Positions 54,900-63,998 of a stretch of DNA of 64,000 bases are shown here, piece by piece. How positions within the stretch are numbered: position 1 is the stretch's first letter; each line of letters starts with the position of its first letter. The stretch comes from a virus (taxonomy: Duplodnaviria; Caudoviricetes), in the IMG/VR virus record IMGVR_UViG_3300008107_006173; one strand, written 5' to 3'. The notes under the pieces are model-generated. The model was not told where the DNA came from. It made no database searches and was given only the letters and a program-made list of their open reading frames with translations. The position numbers and the translations under genes were made by a program.

Positions 54900-56442
54900 A
54901 GCCTCCCATCATTGCAGGATCAAGCATTTCTTCTTCTCTGCTAACAGTCTCGTCGTGTACTGCGGTTGACGCTTCTTCAAAGAAACTTGTATCGAGATGT
55001 GTTTCAGTAGCATAGCTACCAAAGCTAATTTCTTCTAGGAACTTGCTGTACTTGTCAATAAGTTCGTATGGGTTAGGACATGCTGGATCTAGCACTTCTT
55101 GTACGAAACTATCAAAGTATACCACACTATATGGAATATATGGGCTAAACTCGTTTGTTCCTTTATTGGTCTTGTCATTGATCCAATCACTGTAATGTAC
55201 ATTAGCGCGATACTTTTCCATATCAGCTAAACGATTAGCTTCCTGAACCGCAGTGATATGATTGTACACGCTATGCGCCATATAGTAAAGGTAGCTCTGT
55301 GTATCCCAGCTTGTGCTTTCTTTAGTTTTTGCTTTATCGTTACGATCTAAATCACCCTCTTCCATGCAGCAGATATCACCTGCAACAAGGCGTTCCATAA
55401 TCGGACCATTGAACGGCATAGGCAATGTACTGCCCTTGAGCTTCTGATTATCAAATGCTCGGTTCATAAAGTAACCAAAACGCTTGGGCGAGAAGTAGTT
55501 GTAGCTGTAGCACTGACCGTATGCAGTATTCACAAACGGACTAGCTGCGTCAAAACTAATTGTAATATTAGGACTATCATGCTTACGAAGCATACGCTGA
55601 ATGCTGGTAAGGTAGCAAGCCCAATTCAATTTACCTGTACCAAGGAAGTGAATCCAACCCTTACCTTCTAAGAGACCATCTTCTCGTAACTTAAGAATAC
55701 GCTTAAGGGCAATGGGCATATTACGCATGTTAATACCTGCGAAAGCATAGCCTTCTAGTGTGCGATCAGCATCACCATAATTGGCAGCAACAAACTTTGG
55801 ATCACTAAAATGTTTTACACTTTCATACCAATCATCTGCACTTTTTTGATCGGTACCTGAAAGAACATTAAGAAACTTAGTTTTTCCTGGTACACGATTG
55901 CGTACAAAATAATCTAAATTCAACATACTAATATCAATGGTATCTTGAATCTTTGTAAGACCGGTTTTCTTATTGTATGGTGGAACGGCAGCAAAGCCTG
56001 GAATATCCAATGTCATTGCCCAGTCTGCTGTGTGTTCAAGCCAGCGTAGAATCTTTTCGCAAAGTTCTAAGCGACTTGGATCATTAGGATCTTTAGCGTT
56101 AGACCAATCAAGTTTTAGCACACCACTAGCAACCTGAAATCCACCGGAGTCGCCTAAGATAGTTGTTACATTTCGATCGCGCAATTGAACCATTGGCTCT
56201 TCGGTATCGCTGCGAGCAGGATCTAAGTGTGCGTGACCTGCCGAGTATAGTCCGTATGGATAATGGTAATAGGACTGATCCTTTTTAAGGAAATCAAGTC
56301 CTGCATTACCTAATTCAAACCCAGCTGGTGTACGCCAGTCACTAGGATTAGCTAGTGTCTTTTGTAGTTGCTTGGTATAGAAACTGCTGATAGCAGGCAA
56401 ATATACCGCATAATCACTCTGACGCTTACCTAAATCTTTCAT
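54886..56442 (-). CDS. dpdA: TGT-fold guanine transglycosylase, candidate DNA deazaguanine-inserting DpdA
   Basis: LGDSGGFQ, MTLDIP, HFLGTG and ISFDAASP are the TGT catalytic-Asp motifs; the canonical CxCxxC Zn motif is not evident. Confidence 0.7.
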   Translation of the reverse strand: MKDLGKRQSDYAVYLPAISSFYTKQLQKTLANPSDWRTPAGFELGNAGLDFLKKDQSYYHYPYGLYSAGHAHLDPARSDTEEPMVQLRDRNVTTILGDSGGFQVASGVLKLDWSNAKDPNDPSRLELCEKILRWLEHTADWAMTLDIPGFAAVPPYNKKTGLTKIQDTIDISMLNLDYFVRNRVPGKTKFLNVLSGTDQKSADDWYESVKHFSDPKFVAANYGDADRTLEGYAFAGINMRNMPIALKRILKLREDGLLEGKGWIHFLGTGKLNWACYLTSIQRMLRKHDSPNITISFDAASPFVNTAYGQCYSYNYFSPKRFGYFMNRAFDNQKLKGSTLPMPFNGPIMERLVAGDICCMEEGDLDRNDKAKTKESTSWDTQSYLYYMAHSVYNHITAVQEANRLADMEKYRANVHYSDWINDKTNKGTNEFSPYIPYSVVYFDSFVQEVLDPACPNPYELIDKYSKFLEEISFGSYATETHLDTSFFEEASTAVHDETVSREEEMLDPAMMGGFGEE

Positions 56443-56443
56443 A

Positions 56444-57202
56444 TTAACCCTTTGCTGGTAGTAGGTATGTATACTCGCCTAGTCCGCTCAATACCTTAAT
56501 CTGTAGCAAACCTTTGTTGTTGATGCTTAGTACGATGTTTGCACTATCACCCAGGCGCAGGATCTTTAGCACGATGTCTAAAGGCCAGCGAAACTCGTGT
56601 GTGATATCGCCATCAACACCCTCTGCAATAAGAATCTTTGTACGGTCACTTACACCATCACCAATGTGAAAGTACAGTTTGCCATCCTTGGTCTTTGGAG
56701 CAAAGTTAGCCTCATATGCACCAAGTACGCTGTTGAAGTAACCGAGATCCTTTAGGTTCTTTGCTGTTGGAATGATGTTAACATCAAACTCTGCACCCTT
56801 AAACTTGATTTCCTTTAACTGCTGATTAACAACATCAGCGAGCATAAAGCGATAGTGTGCGTCAGTGCCGTCAGCAGCAACAAACTCAACTTCAACTGGA
56901 ACATCTTCACCGTTACGATTCTGCGTTGTTACCTGAACAGTTGCACCTTCATCGTCAAACCCAGGATATTGCAAGTAGCCCTGCAACACGCCCATACGGC
57001 TTAGGCCGATAGTAGCGTCAACAAAGTCTGGTACAGGGTTTACAGTCTTACCCTTAAAGATAACAGTCTTATCTCCGTCAACAGTTTCAACAGACGTTTC
57101 TTCCATTGTACCTGAGATTTTTACCATTTCAAAAATACCCAAACTATGGGTATGCTTTAGCACATCCTTAAGGGTGTCTTTAATATAATTATTCTTAGCC
57201 AT
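56444..57202 (-). CDS. Putative DNA sliding clamp (gp45/PCNA-like)
   Basis: 252 aa, near the polymerase; C-terminal GEYTYLLPAK resembles PCNA termini. Confidence 0.6.
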   Translation of the reverse strand: MAKNNYIKDTLKDVLKHTHSLGIFEMVKISGTMEETSVETVDGDKTVIFKGKTVNPVPDFVDATIGLSRMGVLQGYLQYPGFDDEGATVQVTTQNRNGEDVPVEVEFVAADGTDAHYRFMLADVVNQQLKEIKFKGAEFDVNIIPTAKNLKDLGYFNSVLGAYEANFAPKTKDGKLYFHIGDGVSDRTKILIAEGVDGDITHEFRWPLDIVLKILRLGDSANIVLSINNKGLLQIKVLSGLGEYTYLLPAKG

Positions 57203-57204
57203 GT

Positions 57205-57405
57205 TTATTCGCGCTCCATTGCTGCTGCTTCTTTGATTAGTTCTACAAGTTCTTCAATTGAATTACAGGTAATTTTTGCTGTAGCCCAATCATCCTTTTT
57301 ATTCTGTCCGCCAATTTCAAGCATGAAGCCATTGTCGTACATGTTAACACTAAAGTTGTCATTTACTTTTGCAAGTTTGTCTGCAATCTTAGTTACTTTT
57401 GCCAT
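57205..57405 (-). CDS. Hypothetical phage protein
   Basis: 66 aa, SD AGGAG. Confidence 0.7.
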   Translation of the reverse strand: MAKVTKIADKLAKVNDNFSVNMYDNGFMLEIGGQNKKDDWATAKITCNSIEELVELIKEAAAMERE

Positions 57406-57428
57406 AATGATTCTCCTAGATTTTGTTT

Positions 57429-57456
57429 AGTATACATTAATATTTAGATCTGTCAA
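57429..57456 (-). promoter_or_regulatory. Sigma70-type promoter
   Basis: TTGACA-N16-TATACT. Confidence 0.7.
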
Positions 57457-57480
57457 GTGAAATCATACACTTTTCTTTGA

Positions 57481-60168
57481 CTAAAATTCAAAAAACTCAC
57501 CAAATGCCTCACTCTCTTTGGTTCTATCCAAATCCCATCCCATTTGTCCTAGCACATTTTGTATCTTTTTGTCTAGTACAGCGGTCTCCATTTCTACTTC
57601 ATCAAACGGTAGTTCTTTAAACCATTGAGGAAGATTGGTCTCATCAGTGGGATATGCAATACTCTTATATCCCATTGGATTGCTTTTTAGTCTGCAAACA
57701 ATTACTTTAGCACCATCCATAATAGTTGTACTGTATGCGTCACTGTGTGCTTGTTTTAGCTGATTCCAATTGATACTTGCTCTAACATGACCTGGTATAG
57801 TACCATCTTCAATTTCTTCTGCAATTTCTCTTAGCCGCTGTAGACGAATGTTCTTTTCGTTTGCTTGTTTCTTTTCAATCTTCTTAGTATACTGCGTGAG
57901 GTTATTCACACGCTTGGGCATACCCTTCTTCCAAGGCTCAATACTTTGGAAATCCTTTTTGAACTGTTTGATATATTCAATAACTTCTTTTTCGCCCTTG
58001 CCACTAAGGGCATCAAACAATATCTTTTCTAGAAAGTCCTGTACAAATTCAGGTGTATCACTGCGCTTGATTTCCATGCCCATAACCTTGAGCTTGCCAC
58101 CATCAGGTTGATAACCTTCGATGTCCCAACAGTTGATTGCATAACGCTTTTTAGTAATGAACAATCCGGCTCGCCCAACTACTTCTCGGCCAGCTTTTAA
58201 TACTTCGCCGGCTATCAACGGAACATTAAAATCTTGTTTTAGAAATTCTGGAAATGTGTCGCTTACTGTGTCGCTAACATGGTCATATAGTTTTACTGCA
58301 CTTTCTAGATCTAATTCTGTATCTTTTGGTAGTGCAGGAGTAGCGGTAAAGTATACCGAGTCAGTGTCACCATAAATAATGCATGGCCCTAAGTGATCGT
58401 ACTCGCCTGTGAGCAGCTCGTTGGTTTTAGCAGCCATGTGTCGCGTAATACGTCGACCAGTTAGTGTCGTACTTTGACCAATACGCTTGTCAAAGAAGCG
58501 GCATCCTGGATTCAAAATAGCGCCATACAAGCTGTTCAAGTTAATCTTTTTAACTAGCTGACGCTTATCCCAGTAAGCCTTTTCCTCTGATGTAGTTGCT
58601 TCTTTCTTTTTCTTTTGTAGATCTTTACGCTCACTGTACCAACGCTCTAGTAATCCGGGAACAATACCCTGTACATCTGTTTTAAAGATAGTGCCGTTGG
58701 CACTGATGTTCCATGGCTGGCCACTTTTAAATACTAGATTGTAGATATCTGCACCGGTACATTCCAGTCGCTCACCACCCTCAAGTTCTAGTACTAGCGG
58801 ATGATTGATGTCTTTGTCAATTACATATTCAAATTCATTTGTACCAAATTTACCTGACCATGCATCAGCAAAACTCATCTTTTGCAAACGCATTTTACTT
58901 TGGATTTCTTCATCAGTGTATACGGGTTTAATTTGTCCTACAATAGTTTCAGGCGCCATGTTCAGCGCACGGAATACTGATGGATACAGTGAATTGATAT
59001 CCATACTGCCTACCCACTCGTGATATCCTTTCTTTGGAAAGGCTACATATGCACCTGCTGCTTGTGTGTCAGCATTATCACTGCTACGAATTCTATCAGG
59101 TACGACGAAGCCTCGTCGATGTGCTTCGTTAATGATGGCTTGTTCTGTGGTTGCTACGGCACCCATTGTTGTGGGCAGCAACACAGTATTATCGTGTGCA
59201 ATTGTGTTTGCTAAGTCAATGAACTGTAGCTTCTTATCTAACTTATTAAGTAGCATAGTATCTTGAATGTTATAATCTAAAAACTTTTTAAAGTCGTGAT
59301 TATATAAGCGATCTAAGCTGCCTTCATATGCAACCTTGCGTTCACCAATCTCCATCTCACCGATGTAGTCTAGTCGATAACTGTGCCGCTCTTCGTAATT
59401 GTATTTGCGATATAGTTGCATATAGTCTAAATGCACACGACCAATTAGATCATAGGTTTGGCGTTCACTACCAAACGCTTCATACATTCTTTCTTTTGGC
59501 AATTGGTCCCAAAGACATAAGCGCCTTGTATCGTTTCGACTCAATACCTTAACAATTCTATTAGTTGTGTAAGGAATATCGTAGCCTTCACTGTTCCAAC
59601 CGCTTAGGATGTCTGCATCTTCAATCAACGATAAAAATACTTCGAGCATTTCTTTTTCTGTTTGAAAAAGCATTACCTCAGGTATATCTTTAGCAATATT
59701 CTGTGCCTGATCCCAACTAAGTGTTTTAGGAGGAACTGCTAAACAGATCATTGCGTTGAGCCATTGTAGGTACACACCAATAGCAGTAATTGGCATGAAT
59801 GCGTCATCAGGGCTTGCATAACCCCTCAGAGGATCAAAGTCTACCTCAATGTCGAAAAATGCTGTTTGAAGTTTAGGCGGTTCAACACCATTGTAGTGTT
59901 TTGCGATTGTCTTATTAAGAGGTTTGATGTCGCTTTCAAATGTTCTGTTTGAACTATTGATTGCAACATTCTTACGAAAGTCCTTAAATGACTTGCACCT
60001 TAGTTCGGTAACGGGCTCGCCGTAAATACTACGGCGACTGCCTTTTGGATCTGCAACATAAAAATTATATTCGGGACGGTGTTCTACTAGAATTCGTTTA
60101 CCGTTAACACGTTCTGCAACATGCACTGAATCTTTATTCTTATCGTAGAAGGCGTCTACGTAACTCAT
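57481..60168 (-). CDS. Family B DNA polymerase (T4 gp43-like)
   Basis: Exo I FFDIEV, Exo II WNSEGYDIPY, Exo III YNIQD, Pol A DINSLYPS, Pol B KINLNSLYG, Pol C YGDTDS; no intein. Confidence 0.97.
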   Translation of the reverse strand: MSYVDAFYDKNKDSVHVAERVNGKRILVEHRPEYNFYVADPKGSRRSIYGEPVTELRCKSFKDFRKNVAINSSNRTFESDIKPLNKTIAKHYNGVEPPKLQTAFFDIEVDFDPLRGYASPDDAFMPITAIGVYLQWLNAMICLAVPPKTLSWDQAQNIAKDIPEVMLFQTEKEMLEVFLSLIEDADILSGWNSEGYDIPYTTNRIVKVLSRNDTRRLCLWDQLPKERMYEAFGSERQTYDLIGRVHLDYMQLYRKYNYEERHSYRLDYIGEMEIGERKVAYEGSLDRLYNHDFKKFLDYNIQDTMLLNKLDKKLQFIDLANTIAHDNTVLLPTTMGAVATTEQAIINEAHRRGFVVPDRIRSSDNADTQAAGAYVAFPKKGYHEWVGSMDINSLYPSVFRALNMAPETIVGQIKPVYTDEEIQSKMRLQKMSFADAWSGKFGTNEFEYVIDKDINHPLVLELEGGERLECTGADIYNLVFKSGQPWNISANGTIFKTDVQGIVPGLLERWYSERKDLQKKKKEATTSEEKAYWDKRQLVKKINLNSLYGAILNPGCRFFDKRIGQSTTLTGRRITRHMAAKTNELLTGEYDHLGPCIIYGDTDSVYFTATPALPKDTELDLESAVKLYDHVSDTVSDTFPEFLKQDFNVPLIAGEVLKAGREVVGRAGLFITKKRYAINCWDIEGYQPDGGKLKVMGMEIKRSDTPEFVQDFLEKILFDALSGKGEKEVIEYIKQFKKDFQSIEPWKKGMPKRVNNLTQYTKKIEKKQANEKNIRLQRLREIAEEIEDGTIPGHVRASINWNQLKQAHSDAYSTTIMDGAKVIVCRLKSNPMGYKSIAYPTDETNLPQWFKELPFDEVEMETAVLDKKIQNVLGQMGWDLDRTKESEAFGEFFEF

Positions 60169-60194
60169 GTATGAATCCTATCTAATGATTTTAC

Positions 60195-60223
60195 ATTATA
60201 CATAAGAATGCCAGTATTGTCAA
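60195..60223 (-). promoter_or_regulatory. Perfect sigma70 consensus promoter for the polymerase gene
   Basis: TTGACA-N17-TATAAT. Confidence 0.85.
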
Positions 60224-60231
60224 CTGAATCT

Positions 60232-60909
60232 TTATGTTATTTCTTTATCTATGTAGCTGATGGCCCGCTCGGCCCAACTAACGCTTTGACTAATAGTTAG
60301 ATGACAACTTCTATCTGCAACAGGAATCTGTCGTTCTATTATACCATCGTGGAGCGCATCAAATTTTGATTTAGGAAGGAAATCTTTTTCCTCCATTGCT
60401 GATGCTGGCCCATCAACAATATACTTTAACCTATGAACATAATTGGTATTACGCCAAATTGGAAATATATTATTGAATATAATAAAAGGCTTGTTTACTG
60501 ACTTGCATAGATTAATAATGTGTTCTATATATACTTCATTCTTTTTTAAATTAATAGGTATGCTACTTAAAAAAGGTAACATATCATTGGTGATGTACTT
60601 TTTTCTATATAACGCTGTAAGAGTATTACTTTCTATGCTTTCACGCATTAGATTATATGTAGCAGGCACTAACTCACTATTATCTCTATGATCTATTTCT
60701 AAGCGGTCTATAGTAGTTAAACATACAACTAGTAATTTGTAATCCAACTGACTAACAGCATGTTCAACTTGACACATAATATCAAAATTACTTACTGCGT
60801 CTTTGCCTAAACTAACATAAGAATCCTTGTATTTTTTTGAAACTTGATGCATCCAGTTCCAAGGATAATCGTCAGGTTGGCAGAAACTATCTCCACAAAA
60901 AACAATCAT
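60232..60909 (-). CDS. SGNH-like protein
   Basis: IVFCGDSF, GKDAVSN, C-terminal SCHL. Confidence 0.6.
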   Translation of the reverse strand: MIVFCGDSFCQPDDYPWNWMHQVSKKYKDSYVSLGKDAVSNFDIMCQVEHAVSQLDYKLLVVCLTTIDRLEIDHRDNSELVPATYNLMRESIESNTLTALYRKKYITNDMLPFLSSIPINLKKNEVYIEHIINLCKSVNKPFIIFNNIFPIWRNTNYVHRLKYIVDGPASAMEEKDFLPKSKFDALHDGIIERQIPVADRSCHLTISQSVSWAERAISYIDKEIT

Positions 60910-61460
60910 TGGTATGCCGGACCAAGAATCAGAGTAACTAAACTTTCGCGCTGACCAGCTGTGATGTTTGTTACTTCGTGGTGTACAATACTTGGAAAAA
61001 TTATAACGTCACCTAAATTTAATTTAAATGCTTCTCTTGGTGTTATTGAATCTAAGTTCAACTGGTTAACATCATTGGTATAATGAAAAACAATATCTCC
61101 ACCCTGATAAGAGTTTGAGTCATTAAGGCCTACCACAACTGTTAATTTTCTAGCAGGACTTTTAAACAAATTAGTTGTGCAAACGTCGTTATGTAAAACT
61201 GCACCATGGCCGCTATGATAAATCCCATAGGTAAACGACTCAAACACTATCGGGTCAAAGATTTCTAAATTAAAATGATTTTTTGATTCTTTTATAATTT
61301 TAGATAATTTTTTAATAATGAACCCTGGTATAGTGCTAACATTAGCATGTTTACGAACAAAAGTATCGTCATGCTGGTCAACAGCAGAACCAACACTCTT
61401 TTTAACTAGCAGTATCTCATCAGCTGAAAATACCGAATCAAATTTCGCTACCAGGGACAT
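60906..61460 (-). CDS. 2OG-Fe(II) oxygenase
   Basis: LHND, RKLTVV, YQGGD, FPSIVHHEV, RES. Confidence 0.85.
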   Translation of the reverse strand: MSLVAKFDSVFSADEILLVKKSVGSAVDQHDDTFVRKHANVSTIPGFIIKKLSKIIKESKNHFNLEIFDPIVFESFTYGIYHSGHGAVLHNDVCTTNLFKSPARKLTVVVGLNDSNSYQGGDIVFHYTNDVNQLNLDSITPREAFKLNLGDVIIFPSIVHHEVTNITAGQRESLVTLILGPAYQ

Positions 61461-61468
61461 TTTTAATC

Positions 61469-61732
61469 TTAGAGTGTCTTACCAACAGCTTCTAGGATAG
61501 TTTCAAGTTCATCAAACTTGTCACGCTCATCACCTAGTGATGCTTTGTGTGCTACCTTAATTGCCTTAGTTAGTGTAGCAGGCTTAAGATCCATTTCTTC
61601 TGCGATTGCTTTGACTGTGTCGCGAAGACCATCTTTTAGTGTTTCAATTTCGTAAGTAACCTGCATACCTTCTTCAATTAGTCTCTTAAGGCGTGCCTTT
61701 TCTTCTTCATTGAAAGTTCTGTTAAAAGCCAT
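61469..61732 (-). CDS. dsbA: T4 DsbA/GapR-like dsDNA-binding protein
   Basis: Helical pattern RLKRLIEE...LKDGLRDTVKAIAEEMDL...LTKAIKVAHK, 87 aa. Confidence 0.65.
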   Translation of the reverse strand: MAFNRTFNEEEKARLKRLIEEGMQVTYEIETLKDGLRDTVKAIAEEMDLKPATLTKAIKVAHKASLGDERDKFDELETILEAVGKTL

Positions 61733-61735
61733 TTG

Positions 61736-62437
61736 TTACCTCTTCTGTGTTGTAGTGTTAGTATATATTTCTAGCTGATCATTCCCGCTAGGAATAGTGG
61801 CGTTGCTAAAATTAACCATTTCTTGATAATCTTTGAATTTGGTATATCCAAAGCAATTAAAATCTTCACCTGCAATCTCGTTTACAAAATTTATTATTGT
61901 GTCATCGTAGTATTTCAAAACTGACTTAATTGTCTCTTGTTCTGATACTACAGATGTGTATCTAGTACCTAGACCAGTTCTATCTATTCTAGAAAAACTT
62001 TTCAAGTCAACTCTGTAAACTGCTTTAACGTCTTCGACTAAATTTTCAAATTTAATTATGTGAAGTCCCCCAGTGATGCCATCAATCCAATTTGTGCATG
62101 GAGAGGTTATCCATGTTGGTCGAAGTTGAATGTTTAACATGAATTTTTTAAATTGTGGAATTGTAAATGCTTCAGGACTTTTATTTTCTTGGGCAGAACA
62201 AAATTGATAAAACAGTGACACATATCGTGTGTACGGACATCTCACACTTACCGCACACTCAGTATCCATCGGAAGATTATGAGATTCAAATGTTTGATGT
62301 AATTTTGTAATATCTAATAAAAGATCTTCAAGTTTTAAATCTTTTAATGTAATGATTTTACTTAGTACCAGCGCATTAAAAATAGACGATCCGCCAGTTT
62401 TAGGTGGATGTAGAAAAAGGGGTCCGTTAAAATGCAT
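61736..62437 (-). CDS. Sulfotransferase family 2 protein
   Basis: FLHPPKTGGSSI 5'-PSB, SVRCPYTRYVSLF 3'-PB, IKFENL. Confidence 0.8.
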   Translation of the reverse strand: MHFNGPLFLHPPKTGGSSIFNALVLSKIITLKDLKLEDLLLDITKLHQTFESHNLPMDTECAVSVRCPYTRYVSLFYQFCSAQENKSPEAFTIPQFKKFMLNIQLRPTWITSPCTNWIDGITGGLHIIKFENLVEDVKAVYRVDLKSFSRIDRTGLGTRYTSVVSEQETIKSVLKYYDDTIINFVNEIAGEDFNCFGYTKFKDYQEMVNFSNATIPSGNDQLEIYTNTTTQKR

Positions 62438-62462
62438 TCTTATCCAATGAGACAGTAATATC

Positions 62463-63023
62463 TCAATATGCCCAGCTTACTAAACTATGACGCACACCTC
62501 GAGTAACCACCCCAACTTTATGGCGATAGGTACTTGGAAAAATAATACAAGTACCGGGACTAGGTCTATCAAACACTTTGTTTTCAAAACATAGTTGGCC
62601 GCCTTCGTAGTTGTTATCTAACAGTATAGACATGGATAATTGACGAACATAGTCGATGCTGCTATAGCTGACAGCATCGATGTGCCAATCGAAGTGTCCT
62701 AAATCCTGTTCTGTATAACGCATGATACTAACAGTGGTTCTATCCCTAGAGTATTCTTTATTGAATAACTGTTTAGCCTCATCGAATAATGTATGAACTT
62801 GTTCAAACACATCTGAATGCTCATTCACAGACAGCCGCGCTTCTCGACATCTACGGGTGTTTGATATCGTAACAGTACCCTTGTCGTCAACTACAACTTC
62901 AGCTTTTTTAAAATGTATGTCGCTATTAAGGAGAAGTTCGATCATAGAAGAATCGAGAGCATTCTCTTTAACAAAGACATGCATGCCTTGCGGTAGACAT
63001 GCTTTTTCTTCATTGACAATCAT
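62463..63023 (-). CDS. 2OG-Fe(II) oxygenase (prolyl-hydroxylase-like)
   Basis: FDWHID, RQLSMS, YEGGQL, FPSTYRHKV, RHS. Confidence 0.88.
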   Translation of the reverse strand: MIVNEEKACLPQGMHVFVKENALDSSMIELLLNSDIHFKKAEVVVDDKGTVTISNTRRCREARLSVNEHSDVFEQVHTLFDEAKQLFNKEYSRDRTTVSIMRYTEQDLGHFDWHIDAVSYSSIDYVRQLSMSILLDNNYEGGQLCFENKVFDRPSPGTCIIFPSTYRHKVGVVTRGVRHSLVSWAY

Positions 63024-63026
63024 TTC

Positions 63027-63236
63027 TTACTTCTTCTGTGTAGTAATGTTAGTATATATGTTGAGCTGCTCAGGTTCTTCGGGAATATTGGCGTTCACAT
63101 CTAAATAATAAGAAGTTTTGAAACCTGGAAATGGGTGAAAAGAAATTTGTTCTAAAATTGATCTATTAGTAATTCGTTGTCCATCGGGACCAAACGCAAT
63201 AAAACTGTCGCCGGTAAAATGAACTTCAACTCTCAT
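63027..63236 (-). CDS. Hypothetical phage protein
   Basis: 69-aa ORF abutting its neighbours. Confidence 0.65.
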   Translation of the reverse strand: MRVEVHFTGDSFIAFGPDGQRITNRSILEQISFHPFPGFKTSYYLDVNANIPEEPEQLNIYTNITTQKK

Positions 63237-63998
63237 TTAGTAAATTTCACGCCACTGGACTGTTGCGCCCACTTGCGTACTTTGGCTATTACTTAAATTT
63301 GTAATTACAACGGCATAGATTTCACTGTCGGTGCTGTCGTAGTTTTGTACAATATAATTCTTCTTGGCATTGCTGGGCGTATCAATCGGAGTAGTGCTAC
63401 CACTACCATTGGATGTGCCGGCAGGTGCATAACCAGATATTAAAATGTCGCCCCCAGAAAATGCTGTTGCTGTGGCATTGTACTGCACACCACTATCGGT
63501 GTCAAGGTCTACCCAAGTATTACCTGTTAATGCTGCCTGATTTGGTAGCTTAACAACTTTGAAATAAATGTTTTCAGATGTGGTAAACACACTTAGATTT
63601 TGTAATCTTGCAATGATTCGGTTATGGTCATAACCTCTAAAAGTATTCTTGAGTCTTATAGCGAACACAGGGACAGTAGCATTAGAGGCTATAGTTCTTA
63701 GTGTACCATTGTTACCCATGGCCCAATCGATACCGGATTCATTATAACCACCTTCTGACATCACAGTTGTACAGATTTGGTCAAAGTAGCTACCTGTGGT
63801 TGTGCCAACGTTCTGTATTTCACATCGTACTGGAAGATTTGGATTGCTCATGTAAACAGTTGCTAAGTTATCGCTGTGGCGGAAAGTATGACATAAGATA
63901 TATTCACTATCGTGGACGAAACCACAACGAACTTGACCTACTCCCAACCATTGGAAGTCACACCACCAAAGTTGTGTTTTGGTAATGTCTAAATCCCA
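63237..63998 (-). CDS. Putative virion structural protein, 5' truncated by the window edge
   Basis: The frame stays open to the window end (WDLDITKTQLWWCDFQWLGVGQVRCGF); beta-rich, T/S/G-rich. Confidence 0.6.
   Translation of the reverse strand, partial: WDLDITKTQLWWCDFQWLGVGQVRCGFVHDSEYILCHTFRHSDNLATVYMSNPNLPVRCEIQNVGTTTGSYFDQICTTVMSEGGYNESGIDWAMGNNGTLRTIASNATVPVFAIRLKNTFRGYDHNRIIARLQNLSVFTTSENIYFKVVKLPNQAALTGNTWVDLDTDSGVQYNATATAFSGGDILISGYAPAGTSNGSGSTTPIDTPSNAKKNYIVQNYDSTDSEIYAVVITNLSNSQSTQVGATVQWREIY

Larger units (their letters stand above)
61730..63095 (-). repeat. ~75-bp imperfect direct repeat at 61730-61804 and 63021-63095 flanking two genes
   Basis: The first 48 bp are 41/48 identical and the last 14 bp are 13/14 identical; the copies encode NATIPSGNDQLEIYTNTTTQKR and NANIPEEPEQLNIYTNITTQKK plus the next start region. 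Confidence 0.85.

Noticed and set aside
3689-63985. Many short ORFs in the track that overlap long genes on the opposite strand or in another frame (e.g. 3689-3931, 5438-5746, 10201-10635, 13473-13811, 27231-27632, 32291-32638, 37295-37597, 57848-59552 set)
   Set aside because: They are shadows of well-supported genes, with no SD, no motifs and atypical composition.
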